A stretch of 64,000 bases of DNA from Guillardia theta CCMP2712. Lineage: Eukaryota; Protista; Cryptophyta. This document shows, in pieces, positions 1 through 11,875 of this stretch (positions within the stretch are counted from its first letter, which is position 1; each line of letters starts with the position of its first letter). The position numbers and the translations under genes are program-made. The notes beneath the pieces were generated by a model. It worked only from the letters and a program-made list of their open reading frames with translations. It searched no databases and had not been told where the DNA came from. The stretch spans positions 62,001-126,000 of the forward strand of contig NW_005434635.1 in NCBI RefSeq assembly GCF_000315625.1. The letters run 5' to 3'.

Positions 1-1200
1 GCCTGAGGTCCTCCGACCCGTCCAGACCCTCAACAATCCTCCTCGCCATCATCAGCGCTACTGCTGCCAGACCCCGACACACGACCCTCTCTGCAGCGGA
101 TGGCACTGCTGCTGGGGAGGAACAGGCTGAAAGCTCAGGTCCGCTCCAGTTCCCACCTGGAAGCAACCACTGCGTCCAAGGGCACTGTCAACAAACCCGA
201 ACACACGCGAGCATGTGTACGTGCCTGGAGCAGGGGAGGAGGAAGAGGAGCTGCTTCTTCTACTTGCCTTGCGACCTCATCCCCATGGATGTCCTTGTAG
301 GCCTGCATCACTTGCCCTGCCGCCGTGACCTGAAAGTGGAAACAACCGACGGCATCATGGAAAGAGGACGATGTCAAGGAGGGAGGAGGGAGGGAGGTGG
401 GAGGGAAGGGGAAGGAAAAGGAAAGAAACTGGGGAGGGAGGAGGAGGAGGGAGGAGGGAGGAGGGAGGAAGCGGAGAGGGAGCGGAGAGGGAGGAGCGAG
501 CGAGCGAGCGAAAGAGGAGGAAGAGGTTCGTTGACTTGGTTTACCAGGAGAGATGTTGGAGTCTTGACTCGTCGTGGATTTATAGTCTGAAAAGTCTTCC
601 CCGTCACCTTCATATGAGCAAGTGCTTGTCACGATACCAGTACCGGCGCTTTCATAGCAACGTCTTCCTGTGAGGGAGTCATGGGAAGGTGCTTGGAGAG
701 AAGAACATGACTCACCGCATGGCGAGGAGCAGGAGATAGCGTGCTGGTCAACAGCTGCTGCTTCTGACATTTTCAACCAGTCCGTCAAGTCCGTCAGGCC
801 CTTACCGGAGGAGAGTTCCGCATGTTCCTGTCGTCGACCGACTCGCTCAATCTTGTCCACAGCCAAAGGTTGATCGTCAACACCAAAACGCTCCCTTGGT
901 TGTTACAGGAAGTCACTAGTGATAGTTTTGAAAACTCGGCACTGGTGCCCTTCACAGCAAAAGCGATCATTACCTGCTATCAGTAGTGGGAGAATCTTCT
1001 TTGCAAGAGAATTGGATGAAGCATTGGATCTTCTCCTAGAGCTCCCTTGGACAGAGAGCATTCTTATTCCGATGGCTTCGGGCTCGGGGAGAAGACCAGT
1101 TCTCCGGTCTCACAGCGAAGCTAGAGATGGGGGGAAAGCCTTCCTCTGACGCCATGCATTCTCGCTCTTTGAAGACATGTGGATGGTATTATCACGTGAT
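1..1200 (-). CDS. Hypothetical spliced protein, Ser-rich, possibly truncated by the window start
   Basis: Minus-strand open segments (135-866) interrupted by an intron-like CT/GA tract at ~378-525; no recognisable domain; boundaries approximate. Confidence 0.3.
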
Positions 1201-2145
1201 CGACAATATCATTCCCTTCTGCTTCCTCTCAGGCCTCATCTCCTTCTCATCGCAGCATCTTGAGCATGTTCTCTCTGCAGGCGAAAACATACAAGGGACT
1301 GGATAAGCGTGTTATTGCAGCCGGAGGCCCCGCCGGGCGGCGGCCCTCCGCCCGCCCGGCCGGGTTGGCGCTGGCAACTTGATTTGACTGATCGCTGAGT
1401 AAATGATCGCCGGCCGGGCGGCCCGACGCTCCGGTCCCGGCGAGGCCGATTGTTCGTCGGCCCTGAGTAAGGGCCTGACTCATTTTCACGGCCGTCGGAC
1501 CGTGCCCCTGCAACACTGATGGCATGATTGCATGATGTGGCACAGTCGGATGATCGCATCATAAGTGGAGCCGCTGGAATAGCACTGCGATCACTCTAAC
1601 TTAGGCGCATGCTCTTCGGAAGTTCCATGCCCAATTTTGCCGTTCGAGAAATTCTCGCTATGAAGTGATGATCAGGGGATCATCATGAAGTTACCACCGT
1701 ACGGTACTGTTGCTCACCGGGTGTGTGGATCGCACTCTACTACTTCTGTTCCGCCGCTGCCACTGCTGCCACGGTTTAGAGTATTGTCGATGATTAACAG
1801 TGTTGTAAATATGATATCCATATGAGAACCCCAGGTGATGTTCTTGTCCCTGGACTCAGCGGCTATCGCTTAATTCTACTGCCCAGTTGAAGCGAAAGGT
1901 TGTTCGACACCTTCCGATGCTCAGATATGTTCGTGCTGGAATACAGCCAGCGACATAAGGAACCAAAAACATGAAAACCAAGTCATTACACTGATATGCT
2001 GCAACTATCACAGTTTATTGCACTTTAAACATTGTAACAAGCAGCAAGTTAACCTTGCGCGTCCATGATCCACCATACACTACACGGTACTGTCCAAGAA
2101 ACAACTGCGAACAGACTGCTATCTTTCCAGGAAAGACGCTCACGT

Positions 2146-3015
2146 TCACTTCTTGATGGCCTCCTCGAGAACCTTGCGGTTCTGAGCAACCTCAGCGTTG
2201 CTGGACTCGTCGTACCTCATTCCGAAGGGATCCTCCATGCCCTCAGGGAACCAGTTGATCTTCTTCAACTCACCAGTGCCGGTCTCGTACACGCAGGCGT
2301 GGATGCGAGGAGTGCTGTAGGGCTGAGTGGGCTTGGTCATCTTGAGGCGGTTCTGCACAATGGCGAGCTGGTAGACGTTCATGCAGGACTCCATGACGTT
2401 GAGCTCGACGAGCTTCCTCTTGCGCTGCTCCTCGTCCGGAATGGCATCCAAGACGTCAGCGTGCGCACGGTAAACGTTGCGGACGTGGGAGATCCAGTTC
2501 TCGAGAGGGCTGGCATAGTTCTCCTTGTTGAGAGCGATGTTGATGCCCTCGCAGGAGTAGTGTCCGCAGACGATGATGTGCTGGACCTCCAAGTAGTCAA
2601 CAGCGTACTGGAGGGCACTCATCAAGTTCACATCGAAGGGAAGCACGATGTTGGCCATGTTGCGGCAGACGAAGACTTCACCGGGCTCAGCACCGATGAT
2701 CTCGTTAGCGGCAACACGGGAGTCAGCAGAGCCGATCCAGAAGACCTCGGGCTTGTGGACGCTTCCGAGCCTGTCGAAGAACTTGGGGTCCTTGGCCTTC
2801 TTTGCCTGAATCCACTTCTTGTTGGCTTCGAAGAGAGGAGCAACGATGTCTGCCTTGGACTGCATGCGAAGGCCACCAGCAACACTGGAGGTGCTGGAGC
2901 GGAGGCGGGGAGCAACCATGGCCTTGCCCATTGAGGCTCCGGGAGCAACAAAGGCGGAGACAGCATCGAAGCTGCAGGAAAGAGCAAGAGCTCCAGCAAG
3001 AATGATCTTGTGCAT
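2146..3015 (-). CDS. Beta-class carbonic anhydrase-like protein with bipartite plastid-targeting leader (first Zn-ligand Cys replaced by Ser)
   Basis: Intronless ORF from ATG 3015 (MHKIILAGALALSCSFDAVSA|FVAP...RMQ); beta-CA motifs FWIGSADSRV, PGEVFVCRNMAN, SALQYAVDYLEVQHIIVCGHYSC, LVELNV; strong C/G-ending codon bias. Confidence 0.9.
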   Translation of the reverse strand: MHKIILAGALALSCSFDAVSAFVAPGASMGKAMVAPRLRSSTSSVAGGLRMQSKADIVAPLFEANKKWIQAKKAKDPKFFDRLGSVHKPEVFWIGSADSRVAANEIIGAEPGEVFVCRNMANIVLPFDVNLMSALQYAVDYLEVQHIIVCGHYSCEGINIALNKENYASPLENWISHVRNVYRAHADVLDAIPDEEQRKRKLVELNVMESCMNVYQLAIVQNRLKMTKPTQPYSTPRIHACVYETGTGELKKINWFPEGMEDPFGMRYDESSNAEVAQNRKVLEEAIKK

Positions 3016-6000
3016 GGTCAGGTAAGAACTCGTGAAAGAGAGCAAGGAGCCGAGGATGCTTCGCGAGAAGGGAAGTACCGCAGAATGTTAATCACCGCAT
3101 GGACCCTGGTTTAAGAAGGGGGCGGAGTGAGGGGGGCGATGCGTCGCGAACAATCGGTGGGAGGGGTAGGGGTACTGCTAGGGGGTGGTTTGGAGATCCC
3201 GCTGGGGTAAGGTCGTTGAGATAAGAAGGACATGGGGGGTGGAGGTGGGGGTAAAGGACAACATAGATTCTACAAAAGTACTTTGCAGCTACTGCAATTT
3301 AGAATTATTTTCAATTTAAGTAATTGTTTTGGTATATGTTTACTATGATATAATTAGTAAGTGAAAATATTCTGATTCATTCGCTGTTGTCGAACATCAT
3401 CTTCAGGAACAATCAAGCGCTGTAAAGCAAGCCTACGGATCCTAGAAGTTTATATTATTTTTAAATGTATAATATTATATCTTTGTAACGTATTTTCGAT
3501 TATCAAACTGGTAGTGCTGATACAATTCTTTCTTCAGAGTACAATGATTGTAACAATGTTCACAAATAGCCTAAAGTAATGGTACAAATAAAATAGATTT
3601 AGATTTACTTAATCGATCAAGGTCGATAATCTTCGACGACCAAAACCAGGTAGTTTTCATCGATTCTCTCACAAAAACTATGTACAACTATTATAAGTAT
3701 AACAGTTGTTTAAGTTTTTTTAGAAGAACCCCACCCCACCGATCGATGACCTGTAAAACAACCCCACGATCGCATGGGTACTATAAGTATGCACTACCCA
3801 CCCTTCTTATAACACCCACCCACCTCCAGGCAGCTATCTTTCTACAGCAGACCTTATTACCCTGTAAATTTGATCTTGAAGTACCCCCACCCCCTGTGGA
3901 TCCAATCCAACACTCATAAAGGGGAAGACCCTTTGCTGGGTCAGTGAGCGGGTACGGGAAGGGTACTGAGCCAGCAAGTCCTGGTGAGGTACCGAAGGGG
4001 GTAGGTCGTGTAAACCAATTTGCTGAGTTCTTTCAACAGCCACATCCCCGCTCTGACACTACTCATTCAGCGCCTCTCAGTCTCTGCCTTCAACTCGAGT
4101 CCGCCCGGTAGAATCGGCGGCCTTGTTTCCGTTTCCCTTCCGTTTCCTATCAAAGTTTTAGTTAAGAATCAGTACCAGGACAAACTGTCAGTAGTCCAGG
4201 CCCCGGACCTTTGACGGCGGCGTTTTCTCCGGATGGCGGGCCCGATGACGGGACCTGCCATGTCGGATGCAGGGTGGCTTTTGTAATGACCAGCCAAGCA
4301 GAGAGAGCGGAGAGGGAGCAAGAAGCAGAGACTGCAGGAGACGAGTTGTGTGCCTCCTGCATGGAATTGGAGAACGGAGAGATGAATGGTCGAAAGAGCT
4401 GAGGGTGGTTTCGAAAGGATGGGTACATACACTTGGGAACCTCATCGCAGATGCTATTAGAATCAAGGGGAAGTGATGCGAGGCGCTCACTTAGAAACAA
4501 GAAGTTGAAAATGATTCTGGCAAGACAACTGGAAAGGGGTCGAGCTACTACAAGATGAGGCGACGAACAATACCCATGAGCGCGATGACTTGGTTCTTGT
4601 TGGAAAAGGACCACTTCCTGGAGTTTCTACCTTGAACTTCTTACGTTGAAGACCGTGAACGTCTGAATAGACCAGTGTCTAATCGTGCCAATGATCCACT
4701 GGCTCAATTTGAAAATGTCGCTCGGACGAATTGGTGTTTTACACAAAAAGGTCGACTCGACGACGACTTCACGTTGCTCCGAGAAGGGAGGGAAGTCAGA
4801 GACCTCACTAAAAAGTTGAAGAACAATCAAACTCTGGAGGCCAACGAAATTCTGATGTCAAGAACTGATGGGATCATATTGTAGTTCTTGCGACGTTCGT
4901 AACATTTTGACAAAACCAGTTATATTTGGACCTGGTCACAGAGTTCTTAATTATGGTGAGAATGGATGCAATGGCTGTCCAGCAGGTACAAGCTACTGAC
5001 CATATTTTTGCACAAGTCCCCTGTCCATTCCGCATCATCTAGTAGTACGAGGCCCGCACGGCGAGCCCGGTTGAATGAGGGTAGGATCGATGAAAGTTGA
5101 TAGCAAGCAATCAAGCGGCCTTACCGCTACCTGTCTTGCTTGCCGGGTTTTGACGGAACTAACACATAACTATATTTTGTGGTCGCCTAGCCGGCGGCTG
5201 GAGTCTTGAGAACCCTGAGCCGGGCTATCCGTGTTTGGCGGCTATAGCCTGTATGCTCTTTGAGTTTCAGAGCTGTCGGGCTCAGTCGGGGCGGAGGCTT
5301 CGAGTAGCAAACTTTCCGAGTCAGGGAGTCTGTAAGACAACGGCACTGCCTGACTCCTGAAGGTGGCTGGGCAACTGCCCGGGAGGCCGCGGCCGGGACT
5401 CCGGCCGACATGATCCCGTCACCAGCCTTTACTCAAAGATCAGCAAGTTAAAAATCACTGTACGAAGACAATCAGGACCGTAGAAGAGGCTTGACCCTGA
5501 CACCGCAAGTTGTCGCGCAGGCCATACGGCGAGAAGAGAAGAGACAGCGAGATCGCCACAGGAGTCCAGCTGAGCCGAGCCTAGCCGCCCGGGCACCGTG
5601 TACGGGACTGAGTGACTAACGTTCCGCTGGGCCCGGGCGCGCCCGGTCTCTCAGCCTGGCAGTGACTGGCTACCGTACGGTACTAGTAGGCTGACCCGCC
5701 TTACCCGGCCGACTTGAACAGTCCGATCGGCCAACTGGCAACCCGGTGCCGCGGCCGCCGGAGCCCCCGCTCAGCTGGCGGACGGTGGGGGCGCCGGGCG
5801 GCGCCGGGGCCGGGCCTGGCCGCCGCTGAGCGGCCGCGCGCCGCGGCGAGTCCGACACGTCACTGCGTGACACTGGCCGCCGCTTGAGTACTAACTAGGC
5901 CGCTGTCACTGAGTCACGGTGGCCGGGCCGAGCCCGGGGGGCATGTTTTGAAAGACCTAGTCACAGGGTGAATGCGGCGGTTGTTGACGCTATGTATACG

Positions 6001-6377
6001 TGTACCGGATGCTCACGGCTGGTTGACTGTGCCAAACTCAAGGTGACGAGAGAAGGGGAGAAGAGAGCGGAAGAAACTAGCCTGACTGGGAGATGATCGC
6101 TTGAAGCTCGGATAGCAAGTCCGCCCTGGGAGGGAAGCAGACCGGTAACTGTTGACAGAGGGAAGTTAAGTAGCCGCAGCTGCATCGCGGTAGGGAATGG
6201 AATTTGGTTGCACTTGATTCCAGTCTGATCAAAGTCTGCACTGCTCCCAACCCACGGCTGACTCGCAATGTTTGATTTTCTCTCTGAAGTCTCCGAGGGC
6301 AGATAGCTTTCAATTCGTTCCAGCCGTCTATCATCTACTCTGTTAGGTGCTGAGACGGATTTCCACGTTCAAGGACG

Positions 6378-8420
6378 ATGAGCAAGCTGTTGACGTACCT
6401 GCTGCTGATACACTTTCATCTCTCGTGCGGACTAGCACAAAGCGAGATCGTCGACGAGGTTCCTACCAGCGGATCTGTGAGACCGAACGAAACAATATGT
6501 TATGTGTTCGTCCTGGACGAAGCAAGGACCAGGGAGGTAGTGTTCTGGCAGGAACCGAAGCTTTACATCAGACTGGAACCGTGCCAGGGAGTTCCCCACA
6601 CGAGGGTTTCGGTGAGTGGATGTCCGAATCAAGGGTCTGCTGTCAACTGGGACTTCCAGAGCAGCCTGATGAGGAATGACTTGATGGTGCAAGGGTCTCC
6701 CGTCCCTCCTGCCTGGGAGTGGCCCGGGGATACGGAGGCTCTAGACATCGAGCTGTCATACCGTCGAGTCTTTGTGGAGATATCTCAATACTACAAACCC
6801 CTCAAGGTCGTTGCAGACTTGTTCGACTTGCAACAGGAGCTGCTTGCTAGAAATTTCACGGCGGATGCAGATGTTGTTGCGTCAATAGCCGAGGAGAAGA
6901 TTTCGTCACAAGGAGGGATGATGTTTCTGGACCCCAATTTGACAGAAATCCTGAAGAAGATCCAGGCAAAGCTCATGCCACCTGCAAACTACTTCCTTAC
7001 AGTCACTGTGCATGATGCTGCAAAGTTGACATCGCAAGATATTCATCCCATGTATAATTCCAAGAATTTCGACAAGAACATCACGTCCGATCTCTGGAAG
7101 ACTCCTCTTGTGCGTTTCACTGATGCCGTACAGGCAAGATTGTATTACATCGTGTTTTGGCCCCCGACTGGATCCACTGTAAAGAATCTCACATCCTCGA
7201 ATGTGACATCCAATATATCACAAGATCTCAGTAGTTTACGTAGAGACAACTCGCGGGTTGATGTTTCGAGCACTCCAAGTGTATCAAGTCATCAGGTGGA
7301 GGCAACAGATGCTGCTGTTACTGGCAGGCAAACATTGACGAGGGGAGCAGCGGTACATCCAGGCAGACTCGAAGAGGTCAGGAGTTTCAATGAGAAGATC
7401 ACGGAGAGATTGCGAGAGACTGACGAGCAAATCAGAAGACTTCGAAACAAGAACATCCCTGCTGTGAACAAGAAACTCGATGAAACCACAAGTCCTCAGG
7501 ATTCCATTCGATCGAGTCGACGTTCATTGAATATGACAGCGTTAGAGCGGGCAGCCATTCCCATCGTTCCAGAAGACATTGTTTACATGATCTTCTTCCT
7601 GGACATCACCACTGAATTCAAAGCAAGATGGGGCACAACGATGGATGCTGAGGGTCAAGTCAGGACTCGACTGATAGACAACCCTTGCGGTAGCTCTCAG
7701 AATGATTTTCAGAGGTCAGGAGAGCTGACATGTGGAGTGCTGCAGTGGATCACGAGGTTGGAATTTGACAAGCTTGACATCAATCGGAACGGATACCTCT
7801 CAAAGGACGAGTATGAGTTGCGCTACCCGAGCTATCTGCCACTCAAGGACAACGGGCTGAAGGGGGACTACACTTTCGAGAGTGCTGCAGAAAACTCGTC
7901 AGAGTGGGGGATATCTAAGGCAACCTGGGATGAACTTTACAGCGACGCCAACTCCGTAATGCTGGCCTCGATTAAAGATCCCCTCGTCCGCAATATGTGG
8001 ACAGTCTGCGGGGTGAGAAAGTTTGGGATCCCTTTGGACCCCTTGGGGATCGCAGTGGCAAACAATAGCGCAGGGACTTGGCTGAGTACTCGTGATCTTT
8101 CGCAGTTCGAAGATGGAAGGCTGAGATACCCTGTTGGAGGCCTCAACGACTCGGACAACAACGTGTACATCCTGAATGTCCTCGCAAGGAATCTCAAGAC
8201 GATGGAGGAGTTTGTTTACAACCCTCATGTGGTTCAGCGCAAAACTCCAGTCTACGTCGCTCCGCAGGTCAACGGGCCTCAAGTTGGGCTCATAGTAGGC
8301 GTTGCGCTGACGTCAGCCGCCATCGCGATCTTTGTCGTCGCAGCCATAGCAATGCAGACCAGTAAGAAAATGCGGCCGAGGCTTCGGATCAGGACAGAGA
8401 AAGCCGGCGCAAGGATCTGA
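6378..8420 (+). CDS. Type I membrane protein, 680 aa: signal peptide, luminal EF-hand, C-terminal TM helix and basic tail
   Basis: Single long ORF; N-terminal MSKLLTYLLLIHFHLSCGLA; EF-loop DINRNGYLSKDE; TM VGLIVGVALTSAAIAIFVVAAIAM followed by KKMRPRLR. Confidence 0.8.
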   Translation: MSKLLTYLLLIHFHLSCGLAQSEIVDEVPTSGSVRPNETICYVFVLDEARTREVVFWQEPKLYIRLEPCQGVPHTRVSVSGCPNQGSAVNWDFQSSLMRNDLMVQGSPVPPAWEWPGDTEALDIELSYRRVFVEISQYYKPLKVVADLFDLQQELLARNFTADADVVASIAEEKISSQGGMMFLDPNLTEILKKIQAKLMPPANYFLTVTVHDAAKLTSQDIHPMYNSKNFDKNITSDLWKTPLVRFTDAVQARLYYIVFWPPTGSTVKNLTSSNVTSNISQDLSSLRRDNSRVDVSSTPSVSSHQVEATDAAVTGRQTLTRGAAVHPGRLEEVRSFNEKITERLRETDEQIRRLRNKNIPAVNKKLDETTSPQDSIRSSRRSLNMTALERAAIPIVPEDIVYMIFFLDITTEFKARWGTTMDAEGQVRTRLIDNPCGSSQNDFQRSGELTCGVLQWITRLEFDKLDINRNGYLSKDEYELRYPSYLPLKDNGLKGDYTFESAAENSSEWGISKATWDELYSDANSVMLASIKDPLVRNMWTVCGVRKFGIPLDPLGIAVANNSAGTWLSTRDLSQFEDGRLRYPVGGLNDSDNNVYILNVLARNLKTMEEFVYNPHVVQRKTPVYVAPQVNGPQVGLIVGVALTSAAIAIFVVAAIAMQTSKKMRPRLRIRTEKAGARI

Positions 8421-8809
8421 AAGGAAGGATGAGGTGTCGAGTCAGAGCAGGCTGAGAGGGTGAAGAGCCAGGCGATGAAATGTGTCAGTGGGTATGACTC
8501 TCACTTTCAGAACCTGAATTTCTTATTCATTCTCCCCAATCCTGATTTGCGATAGAAGTGGAGGATGAAAAACGCAGGTCGCGCTGGGTTCATTTTGAAT
8601 CATCTGTCTTGTTTCGGTCCGACGGAATCTCGTCTTTCTCAGTCATGCAAATGAATTTTTGATTATGTTTTGATTTCATTCTTTAATGTCACACGTACAA
8701 ACAAAGTTTGCAGTAAAATATTTATGAGTCTCAAGTTGCTGAACTCATTTTGTAGTCTGTTACATCCAAGGCCACTGCCTGGCTCCTCCTGCCTGTCCTT
8801 TTATCTTCT

Positions 8810-9389
8810 CACCTCCCCTCGGTCCATTCTAGCACTCCCAAGTTCCTCCAGCGCAACCCTCTACGTCACATCTCCTCCCCACGCCCATCCTTCTCATCGC
8901 CTCCTATCTGCTCACGTGCATCATCGCCTCCTCCAGTAGCGATTCCGCGTCCAACCCCAACCGCCGTCCCAGCCACCCTGATCCCCTCGGCTCCTCTCCG
9001 ACGCTGTCCTCTAGCTCCGCTGGCGTCTCGTCGAGGCTGGAGCTCTCCGGCGAGGCAGCGCCACGACATCCCTCCTTGTCCGCCTGCTGGTCTCCAGGCT
9101 GCAGCCTCTTGTACGGCCACTTGCCTACGCGCAGCCTCTTGCACGCGTTCTTGAGCGCCGTCAGAGAGATGCCCTGCAAGACCGCGCCGCCATGGTCAGA
9201 GAGCGCTCGTGAGAGGGAGAGAGGAGGGCGAGGGCGGCTTACCAGGGCGCGAGCAGCGTCGGGCTGTCGGAGGTGAAAAAGCGCACGGAGGGAGTGGACG
9301 GTGAGGACGACCTTGGGCTTTCGGTGCTGGAGGTGTTGGGAGGGGGTCCTGCGGGGAGAGACGAAGTGAGGGACGATGTGCTCGTCCAT
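8810..9389. repeat. Left arm of ~580-bp inverted repeat (partner 11989-12570)
   Basis: Reverse complement matches 11989-12570 with about 11 substitutions and one 2-nt indel (counted by eye); homology starts exactly at the ATG and runs ~95 nt past the stop. Confidence 0.95.
8904..9389 (-). CDS. Small RWP-RK domain transcription factor, copy A (~138 aa, one 69-nt intron 9174-9242)
   Basis: After removing the GTAAGC...TTGCAG intron: LTVHSLRALFHLRQPDAARAL|GISLTALKNACKRLRVGKWPYKR, matching the RWP-RK consensus (F.LP..EAA..LGV..T.LK..CR..GI.RWP.RK). Confidence 0.9.
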   Translation of the reverse strand: MDEHIVPHFVSPRRTPSQHLQHRKPKVVLTVHSLRALFHLRQPDAARALVSRPRPPLSLSRALSDHGGAVLQGISLTALKNACKRLRVGKWPYKRLQPGDQQADKEGCRGAASPESSSLDETPAELEDSVGEEPRGSGWLGRRLGLDAESLLEEAMMHVSR

Positions 9390-9932
9390 ACTTGCGAACT
9401 GCATGATGTAGGCTAGTGTTGGGAGGTAGCAGGTAGAGTTAGGGAGCAAGGAACGCTGAAGGGGAGGGAGGTTTATTAGTAGGAACGGAACAGGCGCCCG
9501 ATTTTGGCTACAACATATTTTAAAAGTGGTCACGGAGCCAGCTCTGTGCCAGGCTAGCCTTGTAGGGTCGTTCATGCAAGGGAGAGGGTCACAGATTCTA
9601 TAAGTACCTCCTATAGGAATCATGACAAGGTTTATTTCAGGGCTCTCTGCCAACAATCAGTCACGTGGTTGACTGTTAGCATGTCATCGTTGATACGTGT
9701 AAGAATTTGCCTGTGTAACCAAGAGGTTTTTACTCCCACAGTCACGTCAGCAGTCACGTTTTCCTTTCCCAGATCCCTCGGGATTACCCGAACTTGAACA
9801 CAGTGACAGGCCCAAGTCCTCGTGTTACTGATTTTTAACTCAACTTTGAGTAAACGATCTACGGCCCGGTGTCGCTCACAGTCTTAACTGAATCCCGATC
9901 GAACGGCCGGCACTGAGAGTTTCCTTGTTCAG

Positions 9933-11649
9933 TCACTCCTGCAAGATCTGGACGGCAGGTCTCCATATCCTCACTCGCGCGTTGCTCATCCAGTTGTTGA
10001 TCTGCTTCAGCGAAACCCCCGTGAGTCGAACTAGATTCGCTTTCTCCGCTTCGCTGGGGTATGGGTTGTTGAAGTTGCGGACCTGCACGAGGCGGTCAGG
10101 TGAGAAGGAGAGGTATGCCAAGTGAAGACGCAGGAATGGCGGGTGGATAATGAAAAGAGGGGTTCAAGGGAGCTGGAGGTAGGAGTGGTAAAAGGTACCA
10201 GCCAGTCTTCGAGGATGCAAACAGCTTCTGGGTTGAGATGCCCTCTCTTGGTTGTCTTGGATGAATCTTCATTCCGTGAAAGCTTGACTTCTTGCTGCGC
10301 ACACCTACAGCGACACTGTGAAACACCAACAACCTGTTAACGCTTCTCCCTGACCTTCCTTGCTCATTCTCGCACGCTTTTCCTTTGCTTTCAATGGCCC
10401 TGAAGACCGTCGGGAGGTCAGAGTTGCCAGGACAGCCGAGGACAACGGGGTAGAGCAGGGGTTTGAACGCACTTGTCAATGGCGGCGGACAGAGCTTGTT
10501 TCGCCGGGTTGTAAGCAGCCATCGCCACGTTCGCTGCAGCCTTGAACTCTTCCTCGCACACAGGAGTGTCAGCAGACAGGGCTGATACCATCATCCTCAG
10601 TGTCTTCACTGATTGGTGCTCGAGCGCCCTCAGCTGCCGCAGCTCGACCTCTGCCTGCGCGCCACTGATGAGGAGGAGAGAAGAGAAGGAGATCAGAAAA
10701 GAGTCGAGAAGATGAGAGGAAAGGAGAGAAGTTGTATGCATTTCTACATCTTTGTTGAGATTTCTGGCTTTGCCAGAAAGATTCAGATTCTCTTTCTTGT
10801 CGTTGCCACACCTTACCAACAATTTACAATCGTGTGAGTCAAAATCACTGCAGACCTCTCATAAAGTAGGGACTGATTCTCCATCAACCATTGTCTATGA
10901 CGTTGCTTGATCTGCATGTGCTGGGGTTAGAGGGGAAACTGCGTTATCTTCATCGGTGTCATTACCTTTGCTTGAATGATCTTGAAATACGCATTGGACC
11001 TGTGTTTTGCTATCACCGAGCGAAAGATTGAAATGCTTGAAAGTTCTCACCTCAGCTTGTCTGACAGCAGATTGCTTGTCTGCGTTTGAATCCATGACTT
11101 CTCGGTCAACTTCTCCAAGACTTTCCAACGAAGGCGTCAGAGTGCTTCTTCAGCCGATCAAGTCTTACTCTCATTAAGACGATCAAGACGTCGGATCCTC
11201 GCCTCACATCGCTTCAAAGCACTCTGTTCGTCCGCACCAGTTTCTTCCTGTTTCGACGACTCGGAAGACAGGAGTACGCTTTGCGCTTGAACTTGAAGTG
11301 TCTTGAAATGATCGTCACTGGCTTCAGCTGTCTCTACATTGACGTCTTCCTGCTTCCTCTCCTGCTTCGAATTCTCGGAACACAATGTCTGACAATGGAC
11401 TGTCTTGATTGGAACAGACTTGCTCTTTGATAGGAAACTGAGCCTCCTCTCCTCGTCCGTAGTCGTGACTCGGTCGATCTTGCCCGCCACATCTTCGCTC
11501 TTCTCGACAACTTTCAGCATCTCTCGTTTGCCGTGCAGCTCCTGGTTCTTCTCTCTTCGTTCCATCACTCTCAGGCTCGTCCTCTTCTCCTGCTGCATCT
11601 CCCTCATCCCCGCCACTTCCACATCCATGCTCTCGCCAGCCTCAGCCAT
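9933..11649 (-). CDS. TALE-class homeobox transcription factor (non-KNOX, BELL/PBX-like) with upstream PBC-B-like helical domain; multi-exon
   Basis: Splicing intron 10083-10198 gives [17 protein letters not shown]|[42 protein letters not shown] (PYP loop, NARVRxWxP helix 3); PBC-like exon 10466-10654; ATG 11649 and internal exons approximate. Confidence 0.85.
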
Positions 11650-11728
11650 GCGGTGCAATCGGGTGGGCAGGAGGGACACGGTAACGGGTTACCGTATCGG
11701 TCCGTTTGACCACTCAGAGCTAATCGTA

Positions 11729-11875
11729 ATCCATGATGAGTAAAATCCATGATGAGTAAAATCCATGATGAGTAAAATCCATGATGAGTAAAATCCATGA
11801 TGAGTAAAATCCATGATGAGTAAAATCCATGATGAGTAAAATCCATGATGAGTAAAATCCATGATGAGTAAAATC
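11729..11875. repeat. Minisatellite, 9 perfect copies of ATCCATGATGAGTAAA (16 bp)
   Basis: Units start at 11729, 11745 ... 11857; lies in the ~340-bp region between the divergent TALE and RWP-RK copy B starts. Confidence 0.97.

Noticed and set aside
2065-2934. 289-aa plus-strand ORF
   Set aside because: Antisense shadow of the codon-biased carbonic anhydrase gene
3260-3720. AT-rich island as foreign or organellar insertion
   Set aside because: No ORF, RNA gene or repeat boundary recognisable; cannot be distinguished from ordinary intergenic DNA
4211-4884. Short plus-strand ORFs as a gene or pseudogene
   Set aside because: No recognisable domain and no consistent splice model could be built by eye
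9390-9656. N-terminal extension making RWP-RK copy A 250 aa
   Set aside because: Starts at a non-ATG codon and is absent from copy B; homology begins at ATG 9389
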